A stretch of DNA of 32,546 nucleotides, from positions 1-32,546 of IMG/VR virus record IMGVR_UViG_3300040985_001501; one strand, written 5' to 3'. Position 1 is the stretch's first letter. Each line of letters opens with the position of its first letter. This document shows, piece after piece, positions 26,678-32,546 of the stretch. The DNA is from a virus. Taxonomy: Duplodnaviria; Caudoviricetes. Below the pieces are notes generated by a model, which did no database searches, had not been told where the DNA came from, and saw only the letters and a program-made list of their open reading frames with translations. Made by a program: the position numbers and the translations under genes.

Positions 26678-26855
26678 GCAACTCCCCTTGCCTATAACAC
26701 ACCGCGTCAACCGGCCGCGAACCGCAGCCAGGCTTACACACCTTCCAACCCACCGCCGCTACGCCTTCCAACGGTGTGCGATACGTCGAGTTCTTCACGG
26801 GGGTCGTTTTGTCCCAATGACAGACGGCGACCCATTCCTGCTTCGTCCGTCTCAC
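26670..26855 (-). CDS. hypothetical protein
   Basis: GTGA overlap; Cys residues. Confidence 0.45.
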   Translation of the reverse strand: MRRTKQEWVAVCHWDKTTPVKNSTYRTPLEGVAAVGWKVCKPGCGSRPVDAVCYRQGELHA

Positions 26856-27058
26856 GGTCTGCTCAATTCAATCAGAGTCGACTCGTAACGGTAACGAACG
26901 CCACAATGCCTGCACTGCTGCTGCGGCGGGCTAGAAGTCAACGTGAAATCCGATGGTGTGTGTCCCCTCTCTTGGCAGATAAGGTATGCGGCCTCGCGCC
27001 GCGCTTGCACCTTCGGGTCTACTTCGTAAAGGCTGTCGAACTGTGAATCGCATCCCAT
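26852..27058 (-). CDS. small Zn-binding hypothetical protein
   Basis: AAGGAGG RBS; C...GH....CRHCG. Confidence 0.55.
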   Translation of the reverse strand: MGCDSQFDSLYEVDPKVQARREAAYLICQERGHTPSDFTLTSSPPQQQCRHCGVRYRYESTLIELSRP

Positions 27059-27068
27059 TGTTTCCTCC

Positions 27069-28058
27069 TTAGAACACAGACTTGATCTGCTCACCAACAT
27101 CATACACCCGATGCGACACACCAACATGATTATCACCCGACCACATGTTCGCCGCAATGCCGCCCTCTGCGGGTCGTAGCCACGCCACATTCACACCGAG
27201 CACCAGATCGTCGCCCTCTGCGATTTCCTCAACGGCATGCAACGAACGCCTGGCCCGGTTGCGTGCATCGAGCTCTGCCGGTGCCGGTTCACCTACAGGC
27301 CACGCCGAATGCGTCAACCTCCACGCCTTCTCCGCTTGTCCCACATAGTCGCGGAACTCGTCAGGGACCAACGCGAAATCGTGGTCGCCGCCCTCCCCAG
27401 GCATAATCGTGAAATGCTTTTCCAAATACTCAGCACCAGCAGCAACAGCCAACGCCCCGGTTTCGATGCGGTCCGTGTGGTCCGAGTAGCCGACAGTCGT
27501 GAACCCCAGACTGCGTAGCCAATGAATGCGCTCCAATCTCGCATCCTCCGGCGCACAAGGATATGAGAGGGTGCATGCCATCGGAATAGCTTTCGCCGGG
27601 AAATGAACGAAATCCAGAACATCCAACACCTCTGCAGCATTCGCGGCACCAGTACTGAACAGCACATCAGCACCCGACTCCCCGATCCTCCGTAGCAACT
27701 GGTGGTGTGTGATGTCCGCGGAACCGACCTTATGCCAGTTCACGCCGTAATGATCGCACCACTCCACCGCATCCACGTCCCAACACGACGCGAATACTTC
27801 GACGCCGAGCTCCCTGCCCAAATCGAAAACAGGTTTCCAGTCGTCGTAGGGGAGGGCGTCGGCGAACTGTTCCCACTGATTCGACGGCCCCGGCAACCTG
27901 TCATACCGCGGGGCGTGCGGCGCTACGAGAGTGTGTGCCTGCAACATCTGGACCTTCACGGCCCATGCACCGGCGTTTGCGGCTGCTGCCGTGGCTTCCA
28001 GAGCGTAGTCCTGGTTGTGGTTAGCTGTGCCAATTTCGGCGATGACTTTCACTGTCAT
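27069..28058 (-). CDS. neuB: N-acetylneuraminate/pseudaminate synthase family (NeuB/PseI/SpsE) with C-terminal SAF domain
   Basis: VIAEIG.ANH, AGA.AVK.Q, KVGSADI, LFSTGA, C..SYP, VGYSDHT, AVAAGA..LEKHFT..G.DH..AL.P, RRSL. Confidence 0.9.
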   Translation of the reverse strand: MTVKVIAEIGTANHNQDYALEATAAAANAGAWAVKVQMLQAHTLVAPHAPRYDRLPGPSNQWEQFADALPYDDWKPVFDLGRELGVEVFASCWDVDAVEWCDHYGVNWHKVGSADITHHQLLRRIGESGADVLFSTGAANAAEVLDVLDFVHFPAKAIPMACTLSYPCAPEDARLERIHWLRSLGFTTVGYSDHTDRIETGALAVAAGAEYLEKHFTIMPGEGGDHDFALVPDEFRDYVGQAEKAWRLTHSAWPVGEPAPAELDARNRARRSLHAVEEIAEGDDLVLGVNVAWLRPAEGGIAANMWSGDNHVGVSHRVYDVGEQIKSVF

Positions 28059-28246
28059 AGCGAGTACCCGAACGGCGCGTCACCTGGGAGCATTGATTCG
28101 TCGATCTTCTGAATAGCGCCACGCAAAAACGCCACTTCCATCCGCGTGTCAACGATGTCCTTCAACAGTGCCTTCGTCAACGCGTAATGCAATTCTCCGG
28201 TGACATGCGTTCGCCACATCAGTTCGTCTCTACGTTTCTTCCTCAT
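28055..28246 (-). CDS. hypothetical protein
   Basis: GGAGG RBS before MRKKRR. Confidence 0.5.
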   Translation of the reverse strand: MRKKRRDELMWRTHVTGELHYALTKALLKDIVDTRMEVAFLRGAIQKIDESMLPGDAPFGYSL

Positions 28247-28325
28247 AGGATTCCTCCGTGTCCGTGTCCGATATGCGCTGCGATAGACGGAAGGTACTGG
28301 CCGCACCAAACACACAGTCTGAGAA

Positions 28326-28586
28326 TCATGGTGTCTCCTTCAACAACCGATAGGTGCTTGGACGTTGCCGCAACACCTTTACCCGATCATCCACTCCCAT
28401 CTGCTTCAACCAGTCGGGGTACTCCAACATGAACTCATCTGTAACGATCTTCGGTGCTTCGTCTAGTGCTTCACGCACCACCACAAGCACAGCGTCGAGC
28501 ATCTGATTGCCCGCCTGGTCGTATGGGTTCTCCGCAGGCCCACCATCCACTGACGGTATGCGTAGTGCTTCGATCCTCTCAATCAT
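28326..28586 (-). CDS. hypothetical protein
   Basis: Coupled 86-aa ORF. Confidence 0.55.
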   Translation of the reverse strand: MIERIEALRIPSVDGGPAENPYDQAGNQMLDAVLVVVREALDEAPKIVTDEFMLEYPDWLKQMGVDDRVKVLRQRPSTYRLLKETP

Positions 28587-28840
28587 TCTTCCTCCCTTTT
28601 GCTATGCTCCACCCACTGCAAACGCATAACCTCAGACGGCAACAACCCCGCAAACCCCGGTTCCAACTCCGACCACAGGCGAACCGTCGTGATAAGCATC
28701 GTCAACAGATCACAATATGATTCTGCCAAATCGTCCCTAGACGCCACCTCTAGCATCGTTGCGACGACAGCCCATTTGTCGGGGTCGTCGGTTTCGTATG
28801 CTTCTGCGAGTCCGATTGCTGCCATCCACGCCATATCCAC
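28583..28840 (-). CDS. hypothetical protein
   Basis: Abuts the upstream stop; 85 aa. Confidence 0.55.
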   Translation of the reverse strand: MDMAWMAAIGLAEAYETDDPDKWAVVATMLEVASRDDLAESYCDLLTMLITTVRLWSELEPGFAGLLPSEVMRLQWVEHSKREEE

Positions 28841-30319
28841 TTAGCGTCTCCGTCTGTCTGCTACTTCCTCCACCAGTGTAACACACCTGTGTACACCCAG
28901 ACCGTCAACCACGCCCCGAGTGCGCTGATGGAACTCGCCCCACATCCGCTCATCAGTCATCAGATTCACTGCCGCCACGGCTCCAACGGTTTCCCCACCG
29001 AAGCCAGCAAGTCCAGCGTCAACAACGCCGAACCCGGCATTAAGATGTGTGTGTGTCTGCTCCCTGGGGTTCTGACACACAGCGACGACCGGCCGGCCGC
29101 AGAACAGGGCTTCGTAAACTGTGCGTCCGCCCCCTGTGACAACCACGCGGGCACGGGCGAGTTCTTCCGCAACTGATGCGTCTTCCACCACAATCGTGCC
29201 TTCTGGAACATGGCCTAGTTTCCTTCCTGGCGGTGCTATCACACGCGGCTTCAACCCAACCAACTTCCTGCACATCGTCTCCGTTAGCCCAGCCGGATCA
29301 GTGCCACCAAACGAGATGAGCACACCGTCACCCGGTGTTTTCGGTACGACATGGAACTCAGGTCTGAGCATAAACCAATCAGGGCCACCCAATTCGCCGT
29401 CACCCGGATACAGGGCGTTGATAACGGTTGCGCCCTGAGCTCCTGGTCCTTTGTCCTCAAAATGGATGCGCGGCACGTCGCGGTTCAACCATTGGAACTC
29501 GGCGAGGGTGGTGTCGAGTGTGTCGTTCACCAGCACATCGGGTTTAGCGAACTCCATCGCATGCCACTGCTGCGGTATCAGATCCAACACTGCGGCATCC
29601 GATTGTGGGTGGAGTGTGATCCCGATGTCGTGGTGCTGTAGTTCTTCTGTGAGTGTTAGGACGCGCCGCAGATGCCCATGCCCCACCTGTTGATTCGCGA
29701 GGACGCGGAATAGGATGCGTTTGCGTTCCATCATGTGCCGTGCTGCAAGCAGATCATCCGGCGTGTCAATGTCCACAACCGAACCGGGCAGACGCCAAAT
29801 CTCCGGCGGCGACTCATAACCGCCGCCCTCCGGATACAACCGGATACCCACTTCGCGGTCGATGCAATCCTGAATGCCCTGCCGATTGTCGCGGTACTGC
29901 AACGCCTTACCGTCAGACCAGTAGATGTGGCGTGCGGCCTCAGACATGAACCGCCGGCGATCCGACCCAGCCCACTCGCCGACGAACGCGCCAAGCTGTT
30001 CCACTGTCACACCAACAACGGTGGGTTGTATGACGAGTAGGGGGCCGGGGTTGTTGTTGTGGAAGTCCATCGCCACTTCGTCAACTGTCGCAGAATCGGA
30101 TGCCAGTACCGCCGACCGGTGCACCACGCCAGCACCCTTCAACCGGGCCACAGCAGCAATATCCGCATCATCCGTCGAAACAATCACCGTGTCCGCTGCG
30201 GAGCGTGCCAAATCAATAGCATGTGCGACGAGGGGTTGGCCGGCTATTAGACGTAGGTTCTTGCGGACAACCTGCTTGCTGCCGCCGCGTGCGGGGATTA
30301 GTGCAGTGAGGTTACGCAT
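28841..30319 (-). CDS. bifunctional CMP-nonulosonate synthetase (NeuA/PseF-like) fused to a PseG/SpsG-like nucleotide-sugar hydrolase (GT-B fold)
   Basis: N-terminal IPARGGSK..RKN...VSTDD...QPT...DIDTPDD; C-terminal GHGHLRR..L, LRPEF, SFGGTDP.GLT, GGRTVYEA. Confidence 0.85.
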   Translation of the reverse strand: MRNLTALIPARGGSKQVVRKNLRLIAGQPLVAHAIDLARSAADTVIVSTDDADIAAVARLKGAGVVHRSAVLASDSATVDEVAMDFHNNNPGPLLVIQPTVVGVTVEQLGAFVGEWAGSDRRRFMSEAARHIYWSDGKALQYRDNRQGIQDCIDREVGIRLYPEGGGYESPPEIWRLPGSVVDIDTPDDLLAARHMMERKRILFRVLANQQVGHGHLRRVLTLTEELQHHDIGITLHPQSDAAVLDLIPQQWHAMEFAKPDVLVNDTLDTTLAEFQWLNRDVPRIHFEDKGPGAQGATVINALYPGDGELGGPDWFMLRPEFHVVPKTPGDGVLISFGGTDPAGLTETMCRKLVGLKPRVIAPPGRKLGHVPEGTIVVEDASVAEELARARVVVTGGGRTVYEALFCGRPVVAVCQNPREQTHTHLNAGFGVVDAGLAGFGGETVGAVAAVNLMTDERMWGEFHQRTRGVVDGLGVHRCVTLVEEVADRRRR

Positions 30320-30458
30320 CTTTGGGACGCCAGCACCACACATGCGTCGGATGCAACAACGAATCCGCATGAACCGTGTCGGCTGTCAGTCCGGCACGCG
30401 TGTACCAGACGCCGCACTCATCGCACTCGAAACGCCAGATAACTGAGTGAATGTCCAT
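30312..30458 (-). CDS. small Zn-binding protein (48 aa)
   Basis: MDIHSVIWRFECDECG...H..C; overlaps the NeuA-like start. Confidence 0.45.
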   Translation of the reverse strand: MDIHSVIWRFECDECGVWYTRAGLTADTVHADSLLHPTHVWCWRPKDA

Positions 30459-30488
30459 GTGTCCTATGTTACAGGACACACCAAACAA

Positions 30489-30722
30489 TCAGGCCTCGCC
30501 CCATTCAGAGAACAGCCGCCTGACTGCGCGCCTCCCGTCAACCAGCGAAGCGGACCGCGGCCACCATATTGAATCGACCGCCCGCTGCATTCCTGCTGAA
30601 CCTATATGCAGTTTGCCGTCGCCGCGCCACCAAATAGAAATACGCGACTCCGCCGACTCCCTGAACTCAACGAACGCCGGTTCTGGGAGTCCTGCCGTTA
30701 CCGGGTCTTTTCTTTCCCACAC
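30489..30722 (-). CDS. hypothetical protein
   Basis: AGGAGG then GTG TGG GAA (MWERKD...), 77 aa. Confidence 0.5.
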   Translation of the reverse strand: MWERKDPVTAGLPEPAFVEFRESAESRISIWWRGDGKLHIGSAGMQRAVDSIWWPRSASLVDGRRAVRRLFSEWGEA

Positions 30723-30840
30723 GATTCCTCCTAATATCATCCCACCGCGCCAATATAGCAGCCTTCGTAGCAGAATCCGCAAATCTGTTCTGGCGCAACG
30801 CATCAACCAGTTCGCCCCGAGTGCGGTAAACCGGCCTCAC
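30667..30840 (-). CDS. hypothetical protein (57 aa) coupled to the MuF gene
   Basis: GTGA overlap with the MuF stop; MRPVYRTRGELVDALR... Confidence 0.4.
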   Translation of the reverse strand: MRPVYRTRGELVDALRQNRFADSATKAAILARWDDIRRNRVGKKRPGNGRTPRTGVR

Positions 30841-32456
30841 AGAACATCCTCAGGGCTAAGACCCTCCGCGTTACGGGCACGAAGCAAATCGCGTCGGAGC
30901 GCGTCGCGTGCTGCTTCCAGACGGGTCACCGCGGATTGCGGCACCCCGGCCTTGTACCGACGTTCCCGCGCCAAATGCCCTGCGATGCCGTCAAGGTTTT
31001 CGATTTGGAACATCTCTGCAACATATTCGGCGCGGGAGGAATCTGCGTACAGCGACACTTCGTCAAGGAACTTCGAGTGGCCGCGCTTCAACTTGGAATA
31101 CGAACCATTCAGATAAGGCATAAGGACGTTGGGTGTGCTGCCGTGCCCTAGCGAGTAGTGAACGACGTGTCCGTATTCGTGGAGCATCGTGGACATTACT
31201 GAATGGTCGCCGGCTGCTATCAGATCCATGATGGTAGAACGGTTGAATATCCGCGGGTCTATGTCTATCTGTATGCCTGTGGGTGTCATCCTGGTTTGGG
31301 CTGCTGCGCTCAATTCTCTGAGGCGCGTCGCGCTGCTGGTTGATATGCGCGTCAGTCCCATCGGTGTGCCTGATCGTTCGGCAAGCCACGGATACTTTGT
31401 GTATACGCGGTCGGTTGCCTCCGCTATTTGGCGCAGGCTGTCAGCGTTAGTCACGCCGTCGAGGTCTGCGTCGATTCCTTTGTCGCTGAACCAGCGTTTC
31501 GCGTCATCGGCCGTTTGTATGTCGTCTATCTTCGGAACCGGTTGTTGCTGTTCTTCTGAATCGCCGCCTTCAACTAATCCGAGGGCACATCTGCATCGCG
31601 GGTGGGCTGGCGGCGACTTCTCAGCAACAGGAGGACGTGTCTGTTTCTCCGCGTTCGGGTCCTGCTGCGGAACCCTGAACGACTCATCAAACCCGACTGT
31701 CTTGCCGTCCAACGACGAACAAATCGGACACGTCCGGCTGTCCTCTGTCGCGATCCACACCAACCTCAAAGTGTCACGCTGCAACAGTCCCCCATCTGCT
31801 GCGGCGTCCCACGCTGCCCGCTGCCCCATATTCGCCGCCCGTATTGTCTCCGTGCGAGCAATCGTCTCCGCCCTAGCACGCAACAGTTTGTCGCGGTAGC
31901 GGCCGAACCGACGTAGCGCCTGATCCTCGTCCAGCCCGTCGTCGAGCATGCCGCGGAGGAAGTTATCGGCGGCGGTAGCGTCCCTGCGTGACAGGCCGAT
32001 CAGTTGACGCATCTCCCTCGCCTGCACCCGTGGGGCCATGCCGTCCTGAATGCCCCTGACCACAATATCCCTGAGCGCATTCCGGGTCTGAGAGTTCACA
32101 CTGGTAACCAGCTTCGCGGCGTTCTGCTCCGCCCACCGCACGGCACGCGGATTCGCAATATCAAACTTCAGATCGAACTCCGCGCCCTGCAAATTAGCGG
32201 CACCCGTGAACACTTCCCGGTACACCGATGCGATCTGACCTGCAGCGTCGTCGCCCATCGTGCCAGCAAGTTGCGCCATGATGCGGTCCATCTGCCCCGA
32301 CTCGATCGCTGCCATCAGTGCGGCTTGTGCGGGTTCGTCCAACTGGTTGAGCGCTTGGAGGACAGTACGTTTGAGTTTGGGTTGGAGTTTGTCGGCTATG
32401 GCGTGGAGTTGCCGAAAGTCGATGCCCTCCGCCTTACGGACCAGAGTTAGTGTCAC
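30837..32456 (-). CDS. MuF/SPP1 gp7-like head morphogenesis protein with C-terminal zincin metallopeptidase domain
   Basis: RAETIARTE..RA.N.G, W.AT.D.RTCPIC..LDG, PPAHPRCRC; C-terminal LHEYGH...YA....EYVAE. Confidence 0.85.
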   Translation of the reverse strand: MTLTLVRKAEGIDFRQLHAIADKLQPKLKRTVLQALNQLDEPAQAALMAAIESGQMDRIMAQLAGTMGDDAAGQIASVYREVFTGAANLQGAEFDLKFDIANPRAVRWAEQNAAKLVTSVNSQTRNALRDIVVRGIQDGMAPRVQAREMRQLIGLSRRDATAADNFLRGMLDDGLDEDQALRRFGRYRDKLLRARAETIARTETIRAANMGQRAAWDAAADGGLLQRDTLRLVWIATEDSRTCPICSSLDGKTVGFDESFRVPQQDPNAEKQTRPPVAEKSPPAHPRCRCALGLVEGGDSEEQQQPVPKIDDIQTADDAKRWFSDKGIDADLDGVTNADSLRQIAEATDRVYTKYPWLAERSGTPMGLTRISTSSATRLRELSAAAQTRMTPTGIQIDIDPRIFNRSTIMDLIAAGDHSVMSTMLHEYGHVVHYSLGHGSTPNVLMPYLNGSYSKLKRGHSKFLDEVSLYADSSRAEYVAEMFQIENLDGIAGHLARERRYKAGVPQSAVTRLEAARDALRRDLLRARNAEGLSPEDVL

Positions 32457-32501
32457 GACGGGTTCGGTGGGCCGCAATCACAACCAACACAACAACCGGT
32501 G

Positions 32502-32546
32502 CTATTCATCGGGCATCTCAACAGGGTCGGCTTCCATCGGCATTAG
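32502..32546 (-). CDS. C-terminal fragment of the upstream gene (probably portal)
   Basis: LMPMEADPVEMPDE* runs off the window edge; assigned by synteny only. Confidence 0.35.
   Translation of the reverse strand, partial: LMPMEADPVEMPDE

Noticed and set aside
27069-30319. Host capsule/LPS operon contamination as the source of the neuB/neuA-like genes
   Set aside because: The genes are co-oriented with, overlapping and interleaved among phage-type small ORFs between MuF and the protease
1-32546. Numerous long plus-strand ORFs (e.g. 2507-3142, 6249-7004, 18725-19567, 31189-31899)
   Set aside because: Antisense shadows of well-supported minus-strand genes in GC-rich DNA; no recognisable motifs or RBS
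1-32546. tRNA, CRISPR array, integrase/att site, terminase
   Set aside because: None seen by eye; terminase and most of portal probably lie beyond the right edge, and lifestyle cannot be established from this window

Overview
GC-rich tailed-phage (siphovirus-like) genome segment, probably infecting a Gram-positive-type host (Actinomycetota or similar, judged from a Gram-positive LexA box, leaderless-type promoters and an M23 endolysin). Almost all genes are on the minus strand. Read from the right end: probable portal C-terminus; MuF/gp7 head morphogenesis protein with a C-terminal HEXXH zincin domain; a ~6 kb non-structural island with a NeuA/PseF-PseG fusion and a NeuB/PseI nonulosonate synthase; a terminator and a LexA-box promoter; XkdF-like protease, scaffold, decoration protein and major capsid protein; an intein-interrupted sialyltransferase/Maf-like protein among small Ser/Thr-rich virion genes; neck genes; a Com-like Zn ribbon; two paralogous tail tube genes; a tail chaperone with a -1 frameshift; tape measure and minor tail proteins; a lysis region; a terminator; and an early/replication region (ERF recombinase, secreted lysozyme-like protein, HTH replication protein, HNH). 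The main hypothesis is a phage-encoded pathway that makes, activates and transfers a sialic-acid-like (nonulosonic) sugar, probably onto 'ST' motifs that recur in surface virion proteins. Family assignments are from motif recognition only; no searches were run. Many start codons were adjusted from the ORF track using RBS or stop/start overlaps.
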